Below are positions 1 to 11,768 of a DNA stretch of 64,000 nucleotides, piece after piece. Location: NCBI GenBank assembly GCA_951406725.2, contig OX597818.1:57288001-57352000 (forward strand), read 5' to 3'. Numbering within the stretch: the first letter of the stretch is position 1; each line of letters starts with the position of its first letter. The translations under genes and the position numbers were made by a program. The notes under the pieces are model-generated. The model worked only from the letters and a program-made list of their open reading frames with translations, did no database searches and was not told where the DNA came from. The stretch comes from Octopus vulgaris (lineage: Eukaryota).

Positions 1-98
1 ATATGTATACATACACACATGCATATATAAATTTCTATATATTTTTTCATACACATATATAGACCTATATATATATATATACATACACACATATAGAA

Positions 99-130
<32 letters not shown>

Positions 131-196
131 TATATATATATACATACATACATATATAAATCTATATACATATATGTATATATATATATATATATA

Positions 197-985
197 TACA
201 CAATTTAGAGGATTGACCACTAAAAGTGGACACCCTGTATGCCAGTTTTTGCTGAATTTTTTCTTGAGAACACATTCTCCGTGGAAAATGACGATTTTGA
301 CGTCTATATCTAGCATACAGGTTGTCTACTTTTAGTGGTCAATCCTCTAAATTTTGTATGTAAAAAAATTTTTAATCTTCAGATTTTTTAAAAATATGCT
401 AGGCCACTGGTTTTAATTGATTAATATCAATTTCTACCCTTATTTAATTTTAAATAAAAAAAAAAATGTTCCCTAGCCGGTAAATTGACTACTGTAGTTT
501 CTTAACTGCAGAGTAATTTCCGATTTCAGCACGCCAAAGTGAGGGTATTTGAAAGATACACATAAATATAAATTGTGGAACTCTATATAATGCTGGATTT
601 CGGTCGAGCGCCCTGTATCTATTTCTAGAAATTGTTTCATAAACGACAGACTATACTGATGATCTTGCAGATGTTTATGTATTCATATACGTAAATTATT
701 AACGAGTGAAACTAATTAGTACATAGGTAGTCGTTTTTTATTTCGTATATTTTCATTTGTCTTGCTTATTTTTACGCTTTGGTTTTTTGCTGAATTTTTT
801 CTTGAGAACACATTCTCCGTGGAAAATGGCGATTTTGACGTCTATATCTAGCATACAGGCTGTCCACATTTAGAGGTCAGTCCTTTAAATTTTGTATGTA
901 AAAAATGTTTAATCTTTGGATTTTTAAAATATGCTAGGCCACTGGTTTTAATTGATTAATATCAATTTCTACCCTTATTTAATTA
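197..985 (+). mobile_element. Non-coding HHR-bearing partial tandem element (about 537-bp unit, about 1.4 copies); candidate non-autonomous PLE derivative or retrozyme-like element
   Basis: About 200-bp direct repeat (245-449 vs 782-985). Positions 197-240 are an inverted copy of 313-360. HHR at 641-736. (TA)n on both flanks. Confidence 0.55.
641..736 (+). ncRNA. Type I hammerhead ribozyme motif, core intact
   Basis: aaacgac-aga-ctata CTGATGA(656-662) [stem II cttg/cgag plus gtttatgtat/atacgtaaat] GAAAC(708-712) TAATTA GTA catag-gta-gtcgttt. One A-C mismatch at the base of stem I. Confidence 0.75.
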
Positions 986-995
986 TATATATATA

Positions 996-2848
996 ATCCC
1001 AGGAATGACACGATGCAAACGAGGACAGGCGAGGTCCCTCCTGAACCTCATCAACACTCTGTACATGGAGCAAGTAATACTCCAACCAACCAGGGAAGGT
1101 AACATACTGGATCTCTGCTTCACAAATAATATGGATCTCATCCATAATGTGAAAGTGACACCGACAGTACTCTCGGATCACAACATGGTAGAGCTGACCA
1201 TGTACGGGCCAAAGGAAAGCATGGACATGCAGCCTACAAGAAACCTCAGAATCTTTCCAGCTTGAACTTCCATAAGGCAAACTGGAAACAAATTGAGAAA
1301 GAGATCCTCAAACAAAACTGGCCTGAATGTCTCTCCTCGCCAGACATCGACATGAAACTTCAACAATTCATGTCTGTAATGCAAGCCATATACTACAAAT
1401 GTGTCCCAGAGAGAAAGGCCACAGTACACAAGAACAAAATCTCCAGTGAGAGGAAAATTCTAATGCGACGGCGTACAAAAGTTTCAAATCGCCTAAACAA
1501 ACAGATTGAAAGCAGTGAAAAGTCCCGCCTGAAAATAAAACTGTTGGAAATTGAAAAAATGTCTGCAACTCTCCCATGAAAAAGAAAGAGCTGGCAAAGA
1601 AGCCTGGGCTATAGACAACATAAAATCTAACCCCAGAGCTTTCTACAGGTATGCCAAAGAAACAGCTAAGGGGCACTGTAGGATAGGGCCACTCCTTGAA
1701 AAGGATGGCACACTCACAGGAAATCCAATGAGGATAAGTGAAATACTAAATGAGAAATTCAAGAGTATTTTCACTCCACCCCTAGGGCATTTTCAAGTCA
1801 GCAATCCAACTGACTTCTTTACCACTGCAGATATAAAATCAGAGGCAGCGATGATTGATTACATCAATATTAAGGAAGACGATGTAATACAGGCTATAGA
1901 TGAAATGAAAACAAACTCAGCTACTGGCCCCGATGGATTCCCAGCAATCCTTCTAAAAGTATGTAAGAGAGTCTTAGCAAGACCACTGCAGTTCCTCTTT
2001 CAGAGCTTCCTTGCAACTGGCAAACTTCCAAGAAAACTGAAGGAAGGTAAAATATGCCCTATTCATAAAGGAGGTAGCAGAGCGGAGGCCGTGAACTACA
2101 GACCTATCTCTCTGACCTCACACATCAGGAAAGTCATGGAACGAATAGTCAGAAGGAAACTAATCACCTTCCTTGAAGAAAATGACTTGCTGCCTGACAC
2201 CCAACATGGTTTCCGACCAGGATGAAGCTGCTTAACCCAGCTCCTACAACAGGGTGCTGCAACGACTGCTCAACCACTCAAATATGGAAGTCATATATCT
2301 CGACTTTGCAAAGGCCTTTGATAAAGTCGATCATGGAATGGTATGTCACAAACTGCGGGATCTTGGCATAGTAGGAAAATTGGGAGAATGGCTTCTGACT
2401 TTCTGAGGGATAGAAGTCAGGTGATAGTAGCCAATGGGGCCACTTCCGTTAACACGCAAATAGTGAGCGGTGTTCCGCAAGGCACTGTTTTGGGACCACT
2501 ACTGCTCATAATGGCCCTCTCAGACATGCCCTCAGCCACGCAGAGAGCCACGATCACAAGTTATGCAGATGATACAAAAGTTTCACAGGCAATACAGAGC
2601 CCTGAAGATACTAAGCACCTGCAATGTGAGCTGGACAAAATATACAAGTGGGCTGAAAAGAATATCATGCAGTTCAATGCTGAAAATTTTCAAGCTTTAT
2701 GCTATCAGCATGCAAAACTAAATGCAATACCCAATAAATACACTGGACCTGGAGGGATTGCAATCCCAGAGGCACAATCGGTGCGAGACCTGGGTATTTA
2801 CATGAGTGATGATGCAACCTTTCATGTGCATGGTGCTAAATTGGCAAC
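996..2848 (+). mobile_element. CR1-group LINE ORF2 fragment (endonuclease C-terminus plus RT), frameshifted and truncated
   Basis: Motifs PTREGNILDLCFTN, SDH, SATGPDG, NYRPISLTSH, QHGFRPG, YLDFAKAFDKVDH, GVPQGTVLGPLL, YADDTK, VRDLGI across several frames, with stops. Confidence 0.92.
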
Positions 2849-3000
2849 GGATGCTGGTGTGTACGTCCAAGTAATCTAGCGGTCCGGCAAAAGAAAACTA
2901 GGCTTACAAAGAATGGGTCCTGGTGACGACTTCCTCGATTTAAGGTGATGCGCCAGCATGTCCGAAGTCAAATAACCGAAACAAGTAGAAGGATAAAAGA
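2849..3000 (+). mobile_element. SINE A 3' half fused to the LINE
   Basis: gatgctggtgtg...ggcaaaaga...ggcttacaaagaat...ccagcatg...gaaacaagta matches the 3' half of the other SINE A copies. Confidence 0.8.
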
Positions 3001-3091
3001 TTCAATATATATATTTATTTTCTTTTCTCCACCTCACTCTCTATTTGTATCACATCGAAACTAACTATAACTTAATCTTTCATCTCACACC

Positions 3092-3147
3092 GTCTCCGAA
3101 GCAGGGATATTATTAATTAATTAATATCCTAGAAACAGCTGTAAGAC
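3092..3147 (+). ncRNA. Degenerate hammerhead motif in a short (TA)n-flanked segment (about 3005-3216)
   Basis: gtct CCGAAGC [ggatatta/taatatcc] GAAAC AGCT GTA agac. Perfect stem I and palindromic stem III, with two core substitutions. Confidence 0.65.
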
Positions 3148-3212
3148 CTTCTATCTATAAATGCTCTAATATCTATACAGCCTCGGCTTTTTATCTTATT
3201 ACGCAAAACATT

Positions 3213-3253
<41 letters not shown>

Positions 3254-3274
3254 GTATATATATACACACACACA

Positions 3275-3425
3275 CGGTGGACCTCTTTCAGTTTCCGCCT
3301 CCAAAATCCCTTCTCCGTAGAAATCACCTGCACGATCTGCCAAGAAGCGGCAGTAAACGGGCTGAACTCGGAATCCCGTGATTCGGAAGGAAGCTTCTTA
3401 CCACACAGCCAGGCCTGCGGCTATA
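3275..3425 (-). mobile_element. SINE A, degenerate 5' fragment
   Basis: ttcagtttccg...cttaccacacagcc matches the SINE A head on the minus strand. Confidence 0.65.
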
Positions 3426-3679
3426 AACAGGTATATAAGCACAAATTATCATAATGTTTGTTTGTGGAATCTTGTCTTGAATTTTCGTAATTAAATATTG
3501 GTTATGCCTCAATTCCACAGCCGATTGGAATAAGGAACCTTAAATGTTTGACAGCGACTTCACCATCATCAATTCCATATTTGTCATAAGACGAAAGAGA
3601 ATTTAATTATCGTTTCAAATTTCAATTTACATAAATTTGTTTAACATATATAAACATCCAAGCATACAAATAAACACAA

Positions 3680-5200
3680 AAAACATAAATATATACATAT
3701 ATATATATATCCACATGTATATATACACATGAATATAAACACATATACGTATATATATAGACACATATATATCTGCATACATAGGTATATACATATGCAT
3801 ACATATGTATATACATATGCATACATATGTATATACATACATATGTATATACATATGCATACATATGTATATACATACATATGTATATACATATGCATAT
3901 ACATATGTATATACATATGCATATACATATGTATATACATATGCATATACATATGCATACATATACATATGCATACATATGTATATACATATGTATACAT
4001 ATGCATATATATGTATATACATATGCATACATATGTATATACATATGCATACATATGTATATACATATGCATACATTTGTATATACATACATACGTATAT
4101 ACATACATACGTATATACATACATACATACATACATACATATGCATACATACATACATATGCATACATACATATACATACATATACATACATGTATATAC
4201 ATATATATATATATATATACATACATGTATATACATTTATATATACATACATATACATACATACATATATATATACATACATACATATATATATATATAC
4301 ATACATACATGTATATACACACATACATGTATATACACACATACATATACACATACATGTATATACACACATACATATACACATACATGTATATACACAC
4401 ATACATATACATATACATGTATATACACACATACATATACACATACATATATATATACATACATATATACATACATATATATACACGTACATATATGTAT
4501 GTACATATACATATATACACATGCATATATTTATACACATATAGATATATATATACACACACACATATATATATACACACATTCACTTACATACACACAT
4601 ATATATATACGCACACATGCACACATATACATATATATACACACACACATATATATATATATATACACGCACACACACGTATATATATATATACACACAC
4701 AAATACCTATATACATATACACAAACATCTATACATATATATATATAAATACGTATATGTACATACATATACACAAACATCTATACATATATATATATAA
4801 ATACGTATATGTACATACATATACACTCGTATATGTACATACATATACACACGTATATGTACATACATATACACACATATATTTACATACATATACACAC
4901 GTATATGTACATACATATACACAGATATATATACATACATATACACAGATATATATACATATATATACACACACAAATATATACACACACATATATATAC
5001 AGGCATACATACATACATACACACACACTTATATATATATTCATATATTTATATATTCACATATGCATATACAAATACATAAAGATATACATATATATAT
5101 GTGTGTATACATACATATGTATATATATATGTATACAATGTATATATATTCAAACGTTAAGCATATATATACCCCCTCATATATATATTTGTGTGTATAT
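3680..5200. repeat. Large compound (TA)/(CA)/(TACA) micro-minisatellite
   Basis: About 1.5 kb of alternating purine-pyrimidine sequence with atacatatgtat/atacatatgcat units. Source of the long spurious Y/I/H/T/C/V ORFs. Confidence 0.97.
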
Positions 5201-5471
5201 GTTAAAAATATTTATAGTGATTAATATCTTTCTAATGCGCAACACTTCTGTCCATTTCCAGCAGACATTTTTCTGTAAATCGCAGAAACATTTTGTGTAA
5301 TGTCGTGTTTCACTTGAGATTAAGTTCCAAACTCTTCTCTGATGTTACTTAATAAATATTTGCAACAACTACAGTTTTTGTTCAGAGCTAAACACATGTT
5401 TAATACACTACAAAGGCAACAGGCAAAGACAAGCACGTATGGAAAGCGGGAGAGAGGGAAAGAGAGACAGA

Positions 5472-5875
5472 GGCTAAGGAGTGGCTGTGTGGTAAGTAGC
5501 CTGCTAACCAGCCACATGGTTCCGGGTTCAGTCCCACTGCGTGGCATCTTGGGCAAGTGTCTTCTGCTATAGCCCCGGGCCGACCAATGCCTTGTGAGTG
5601 GATTTGGTAGACGGAAACTGAAAGAAGCCTGTCGTATATATGTATATATATATATGTGTGTGTGTGTATATGTTTGTGTGTCTGTGTTTGTCCCCCTAGC
5701 ATTGCTTGACAACCGATGCTGGTGTGTTTATGTCCCCGTAACTTAGCGGTTCGGCAAAAGAGACCGATAGAATAAGTACTGGGCTTACAAAGAATAAGTC
5801 CCGGGGTCGATTTGCTCGGCTAAAGGCGATGCTCCAGCATGGCCGCAGTCTAATGACTGAAACAAGTAAAAGAGA
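5472..5875 (+). mobile_element. SINE A (tRNA-derived), near full length
   Basis: A-box-like tggctgtgtggtaag, B-box-like ggttcagtccc, cttgggcaagtgtctt, internal (TA)(TG) tract, gtaaaaga tail. More than 12 copies in the window. Confidence 0.9.
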
Positions 5876-6002
5876 AAAATAAAAGAGAAAGAGAAAGGGA
5901 AGGAGAGCAAGAGTGAGGGAGAGTGTGAGCGAGAACGTGAGATAATGCCTTTTTAGTAGCGCTATATATCCTCCTCCTCCGCTTGCCCGTCTTCCTCCTC
6001 CT

Positions 6003-6560
6003 TTATTATTCTTATCATACACACAACAGATTAGACTGTTGGAAAAGAAAATATCTTAATATCGGGCTTCAACAAGTAACCTTTGACACGAAGAACCCTC
6101 CTAAATATCCTAGCTGACCCGAATAACACTGTTTCCTGGAACTGTGCTAAACTGGTTTTACGACTATTTCCTCTATCCATCTGTTCAGCTCTTTTGGGAG
6201 AGTTCCCAATGCACCTATATATAACCCATAAAAAAGGCATCGAGCTGGCAGAACCGTTAGCACGCCGGGCGAAATGCGTAGCCGTATTTCGTCTGCCGCT
6301 ACGTTCTGAGTTCAAATTCCGCCAAGGTCGACTTTGCCTTTCATCCTTTCGGGGTCGATAAATTAAGTACCAGTTAAGCACTGGGGTCGATGTAATCGTC
6401 TTAATCCGTTTGTCTGTCCTTGTTTGTCCCCTCTATGTTTAGCCCCTTGTGGGTAATAAAGAAACATATATATAACCCATAATTTCTGGGATACATTTTA
6501 CTCTCACTTTCCACAGTCTCTGGAATTCAATGGCTAGGTCCTACTATTTTGCTATTTCTT
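6003..6560 (-). mobile_element. R4/Dong-like LINE 3' fragment interrupted by SINE B
   Basis: Minus strand gives DLAIEFQRLWKVRVKCIP and QETVLFGSARIFRRVL, matching the C-terminus of the REL endonuclease region of the other R4-like copies. Confidence 0.7.
6236..6467 (+). mobile_element. SINE B monomer
   Basis: Head gagctggcaga...gagttcaaattcc, body tttcatcctttcggggtcgat...agtaccag. Flanking duplication tatataacccataa. Confidence 0.9.
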
Positions 6561-6573
6561 TATATACCTATTA

Positions 6574-6992
6574 TACTCTTTACTCTTTTACTTGTTCCAG
6601 TCATTTGACTGCGGCCATGCTGGAGCACCGCCTTTAGTCGACCAAATCGACCCCGGGACTTATTCTTTGTAAGCCCAGTACTTATTCTATCGGTCTCTTT
6701 TGCCGAACCGCTATGTGACGGGGACGTACACACACCAGCATCGGTTGTCAAGCAATGCTAGGGGGACAAACACAGAGACAAAACATATACATACACACTT
6801 ATATATAAATATATATACATATATACGACGGGCTTCTTTCAGTTTCCGTCTACCAAATTACACTCACAAGGCATTGGTCGGCCCGGGGCTATAGCAGAAG
6901 ACACTTGCCCAAGATGCCACGCAGTGGGACTGAACCCGGAACCATGTGGCTGGTTAGCAAGCTACTTACCACACAGCCACTCCTGCGCCTAT
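6574..6992 (-). mobile_element. SINE A, full length
   Basis: Reverse complement of the 5472-5875 copy. Confidence 0.9.
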
Positions 6993-7099
6993 TGATTATA
7001 TTGATTTTTTTCTTGGACTGTAAAGTCAATCATCTGGCACCTTCTATTCTCTTTATCTGCTACTACCCAGTAGTAGTCATATGTAAGGTGCTCACTCTA

Positions 7100-7472
7100 A
7101 GGAATTAGAGAATGAGTGCCGTTCGGTGAGCCATGTGGCTGAGGCACTACTTGACGAGAGAGCTACAATTCGACCCTTAATATTTTGAGAGGGTTACTCG
7201 ATTCCAAGTAGATGTGTACGGCTTCCTGGTGGCTCTTCGCGCAGGTATTTGGGGGTCAGATAGTGAAGCGAAGACGCGGGTGAACTTTACCACCAACGTC
7301 GATGGCGTATTGCACCTCACGAATACCGACGCAAAGTTCTACAAAATCTCGACAAGAGCTTACGAAACACATGAAGAAATTACACGAGGGAGTGGTTTCC
7401 GGGGCTGGATGATCTGCCCTACAAGCCTTATCTTCCCATACAAGATTTATTTGCAGGCTTCTTGGTAGATAA
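7100..7472 (+). mobile_element. L1/Tx1-like LINE ORF2 relic
   Basis: One frame reads FPGLDDLPYKPYLPIQDLFAGFL, matching LPGLDGLPYELYSCMPHLFGDVL of the fragment at 63765-64000. Confidence 0.6.
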
Positions 7473-7568
7473 AGTTAATTCAAACAAGAAAGCACAAAAA
7501 AAAAACACAACAACGCGAGGACGTGGAACAAATATAGTATTATTGGACGCTCAGGAAAGAAGGAGGGT

Positions 7569-7601
7569 AAAACGTTTCGAGCGGAGCTCTTCGTCGGAAA
7601 C
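7569..7601 (-). ncRNA. Degenerate minimal hammerhead motif
   Basis: Minus strand gttt CCGACGA a gagc-tcc-gctc GAAAC GTT. Stem I is imperfect. A related decayed copy lies at 48572-48604. Confidence 0.55.
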
Positions 7602-7709
7602 ATAGGAGAAGGAAAGATCCAGAGAAGGGAAGGCAGAAGAAAAAAAATCGCCAACGGTACACACGAGGTCACATTTTGATAGCTAGCTGCTAAAACTGGA
7701 AAATGAGGG

Positions 7710-7743
<34 letters not shown>

Positions 7744-7865
7744 ATTTGAACGTTTTTGTTGTAACTGTTTATTATTTTTTTTTTACATGTTTTTATATAA
7801 ATCCTTACTGTCATTTGTCTCCGTATTTTCCTGAATGACATTCTTGCAACCCTTGCGGTCAATAA

Positions 7866-7881
7866 ATTATCATTATTATTA

Positions 7882-7939
<58 letters not shown>

Positions 7940-7940
7940 C
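7866..7940. repeat. (ATT)n microsatellite
   Basis: Direct observation. Confidence 0.95.
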
Positions 7941-8490
7941 TATAGAATATACTGTGGAACGACATACTCACCAACACTCTTGTTCGTGGATTACTTTTTT
8001 TGAACAGTTTCCAGAATTGAATAATGTAAGCTGTTTAGAGCTGATTGTTTTGCCGAAGGTTAAACGAAAGTAAGGATGTTTTTGAAATATATCTGTATTA
8101 ACTGATATCCAGTATAAAATATCTGCAAGAATCGCTTCCAAACAAACAAAAGTATTGACAGCTGCACAGCTGAACACAGACAAATACGCAAAGAAAAAGG
8201 AATTAACCAAAATCTTGCAAACGAAATCGCTTTTTTCAGATTGCAAAAGTGAGGTATTTTTGTGTTTTATTAATAGAGAATATAATGGCGAGTCTTTTAA
8301 CAATAGCAGAATGAACCACGTCAACAACAAGAGAAACAACGATACCGATGATGGAAACGAAGAAAGAAAAAAGAAAATGTCTGCACCGAATTCTTTATGA
8401 ATGTCATATCCAAAGATAAAAAAAAAAATACATCATAAAAAGACAAAGAAATAAATCTTATAAAAACGAGACTCAGTAATGAAGATAAGT

Positions 8491-9128
8491 ATAGGCGCAG
8501 GAGTGGCTGTGTGGTAAGTAGCTTGCTTACTTGTGTGCTTAAAAAAAAAACATGTTAAGTAAGGGGAGCTAACCGTCGTCAGAAAAGGAGCTACGAGGAC
8601 ATCCCTCCGAGACGGTAACCTATGCCGATCAACCACACATTCATTGTTTAAAAAAGAAAGTATGTTTTCGAGAAAAATCCAATCGGCGGTTGTTGGGTTT
8701 CGTCTCTCATTTATTCATTTTATTTCATTTTCATTCATTAATGTGTTTGTCCAGCCCGCAAATCTTTGTACTGTCTATGATGACAAATTTTATGAAATAA
8801 AGTAGCTTGCTTACCAACCACATGGTTCCGGGTTTAGCCCCTTTTCTAGTGTCTTCTAAAACCTCGGGCTGACCAAAGCCTTGTGAGTGGATTTGGTAGA
8901 CGGAAATTGAAAGAAGCCCGTCCTGTGTGTGTGTATATATATATATATGTATGTTTGTGTGATTGTTTGTCCCTCACTATCGTTTGACAACCGAGGGTGT
9001 GTTTACGTCCCCATAACTCGGCAGTTCGGCAAAAGAGACCTTACAAAGAGTAAGTCCTAGGGTCGATTTGCTCGACAAAAGGCGGTGCTCCAGCATGGCC
9101 ACAGTCAAATGATTGAAATAATAAAAGA
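8491..9128 (+). mobile_element. SINE A interrupted in its head by a 269-bp insertion (8531-8799)
   Basis: 15-bp duplication aagtagcttgcttac at 8516-8530 and 8800-8814. Confidence 0.85.
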
Positions 9129-9364
9129 AAAATTTAACAGAAAAATATTTTATCGCCGGATTTGTCTTATTGTCTGAGGCAAGGATGAGGTCGAGACATG
9201 TTTCACAGAGAGTGGGGAGAGCGATAGATAGATAGATAGAGAGAAGGATAGATAGAGAGGATAGAGATAGAGAGATAGATATATATATATAGAGAGGGAG
9301 AGAGATAGAGAGAAAGTCTCTAAGGGTATTTTAAAAGATGTTCTGCCTGACATTTGTGACAGTA

Positions 9365-9722
9365 TTCTTTTCTACTCTAGGCACCAGGTCCGAAATTTAT
9401 GGGGAGGAGACCAGTCGATTAGATCGACCCCAGTTCGCAACTGGTACTTAATTTATCGACCCCGAAAGGATGAAAGGCAAAGTCGATCTCGGTGGAGTTT
9501 GAACTCAGAATGTAAAGACAGATGAAATACCTATTTCTTTACTACCCACAAGAGGCTAAACACAGAGAGGATAAACAAAGACAAACAAACGGAGTCGATT
9601 ATATCGAGCCCAGTGCGTAACTGGTACTTATTTAATCTACCCCGAAAGGATGAAAGGCAAAGTCGACTTCGGCGGAATTTGAACTCAGAACGTAGCGACA
9701 GATGAAATACCGCGAAGCACAT
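9365..9722 (-). mobile_element. SINE B dimer with the alternative terminal tail
   Basis: Two body units. The terminal unit ends in gtgcctagagtagaaaaga. Confidence 0.85.
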
Positions 9723-9774
9723 TTGTGACAGTATTTTGTCCATCGACAGAGCCAGGGCATGCAGTAGAGTCAAT

Positions 9775-9906
9775 CTGGTTTTTTGCACCAAGATCAAATC
9801 AAAAATATTGTCTCATTCACATTCTCTTCTTGCTCTGCATTGCATTAAATAGGTTTATCACATTTAATGCAACGATAAGAAAGTGGACAGCAACATCGAA
9901 TTCTAG
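9775..9906 (+). repeat. Dispersed repeat ending in CTAG with an internal hairpin (possible Helitron-like terminus); inverted copy at 13081-13212
   Basis: The two copies align in opposite orientation. Hairpin ttgcattaaat...atttaatgcaa. Confidence 0.6.
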
Positions 9907-9932
9907 TTAGTTATTGCATTTAATAGTTATTA

Positions 9933-10281
9933 AGGCCGCGAGCTGACAGAAACGTTAGCACGCCGGGCGAAACGCGTAGTTGTATTTCGTCTGCTGCTAC
10001 GTTCTGCCGAGGTCGACCTTGCTTTTCATCCTTTCGGGATCGATTAAATAAGTACCAGTTACGCACTGGGGTCGATATAATCGACTTCATCCGTTTGTCT
10101 GTCCTTGTTTGTCCCATCTGTCTTTAGCCCCTTGTGAGTAGTAAAAAAATAGGTAATTCGTCTGTCTTAACGTTCTGAGTTCGAATTCCGCCATTCATTC
10201 TTTCGGGTTCGATAAAATAAGTACCAATTGAACTCTGGGGTCGATGTAATCTCCCAAGCTGCCCTTGTGGCAACAATTTGA
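9933..10281 (+). mobile_element. SINE B dimer, degenerate
   Basis: Head plus two partly deleted body units. Confidence 0.8.
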
Positions 10282-10282
<1 letters not shown>

Positions 10283-10316
<34 letters not shown>

Positions 10317-10333
10317 TGATGATGATGATGAAT

Positions 10334-10419
<86 letters not shown>

Positions 10420-10430
10420 AACAACAACAA
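10283..10430. repeat. Compound microsatellite (AAT)n(GAT)n(GAC)n(AAC)n
   Basis: Direct observation. Confidence 0.97.
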
Positions 10431-11660
10431 TAGCCAGCGAGAGAGGAGAAATCCTACTCCGTATGGAATTACATGGTCAGTTCCACCGTGAAACCAACAA
10501 ATTAAAAGACAAGGAAGCATCATGGAGGTGGCTCCACAAGGGTGGCCTACAAAAGAATACTAAAATCCTAATCATCGCGGCCTTGAATACCAGGCATTGA
10601 ATACATACTCAGTGAAAAAGAATATATACCACACAAGTGCATCGGACCTCTGCGGAATGTGTGGGGAGAGGTTCGAAAGTGCTACTCACATTGTTAGAGC
10701 TTTTGAAAGTCTTACTCTCTTTTACTTGTTTCAGTCATTTGACTGCGGCCATGCTGGAGCACCGCCTTTAGTCGACCAAATCGACCCCATGACTTATTCT
10801 TTTGTAAGCCCAGTGCTTATTCTATCGGTCTCTTTTGCCGAACCGCTAAGTAACGGGGACATAAACACACCGGCATCGGTTGTCAAGCAAAGCTAGGAGG
10901 ACAAACACAGACACACAAACACACACACGCATATATATACATATATACGACTGGCTTCTTTCAGTTTCTGTCTATCAAATCCACTCATAAGGCTTTGGTC
11001 GGCCCGAGGCTATCGTCGAAGACACTTGCCCAAGGTGCCACGCAGTGGGACTGAACCCGGAACCATGTGGTTGGTAAACAAGCTACTTACCACACAGCCA
11101 CTCAAGCATAGACACGAAAGCCTCTACTGGCTTCTATGCCGTAAGTATGGATATGAGGTTGTGGGTGCTTGGTACCAACATACACCGGAAAAGCTAATGG
11201 ACGAAAAAGGGAAGGCAAAAATCTTCTGGGACTTTGAATTCCAGACAGACAAGGTATTGGAGCCCCCAAAGGCCGGACATAATAACTTGTAGGAGGGAGA
11301 AAGAAGAGTCCCTAGTAATCGATGTAGCAGTGCCAGGAGATCAACACATCATCATAAAAGAGAGAGAAAAATTTAATAAATATGGAGACCTGAGAACTGA
11401 GATCGCTAAGATGTGGCAGCTACGAGAGTTGAACATAAACGTTGTTCCTATTGTTATCGGAGCATTCAGTTCAGTAGCACCCAATCTGAAACAAAAAAAA
11501 CATCTGAAAACTTTAGAGATACTGTACGATCCAGATGTATTGCAAAAGCTGGCATTACTTGGAACTGCACGTATATTGCGTAAATTATTGTTGTGACTTG
11601 ACAAACAGTGTAAACCCTTCAATCAACAACCTCACAATATTGTATACTGTGTGACGTCTA
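10431..11660 (+). mobile_element. R4/Dong-like LINE 3' fragment (zinc knuckle plus REL endonuclease), split by SINE A
   Basis: LHGQFHR, WRWLHKGGL, CGMCGERFESATHIV, KIFWDFEFQTD, RPDI, IDVAVP, KYGDL, LLGTARILRK. Triplet repeats on both sides and an (AAT)n tail. Confidence 0.88.
10712..11102 (-). mobile_element. SINE A inside the R4-like fragment
   Basis: Near full-length match to the SINE A copies. Confidence 0.9.
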
Positions 11661-11690
11661 TAATAATTATAATAATGATAATAATAATAT

Positions 11691-11721
<31 letters not shown>

Positions 11722-11768
11722 AATAACAATGATAATAATAATAATAATGATAATAATTATTATTATTA

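Noticed and set aside
3622-5300. Long ORFs of up to 465 aa in several frames
   Set aside because: They are translations of TA/CA microsatellite that lacks stop codons. The same applies at 29.0-29.4, 44.5-45.4, 54.7-55.0, 59.2-59.7 and 61.8-62.5 kb.
5320-6022. Recurrent ORFs such as MPRSGTEPGTMWLVSKLL and RPRKDERQSRPRRNLNSER as a gene family
   Set aside because: They are antisense or sense translations of SINE A and SINE B.
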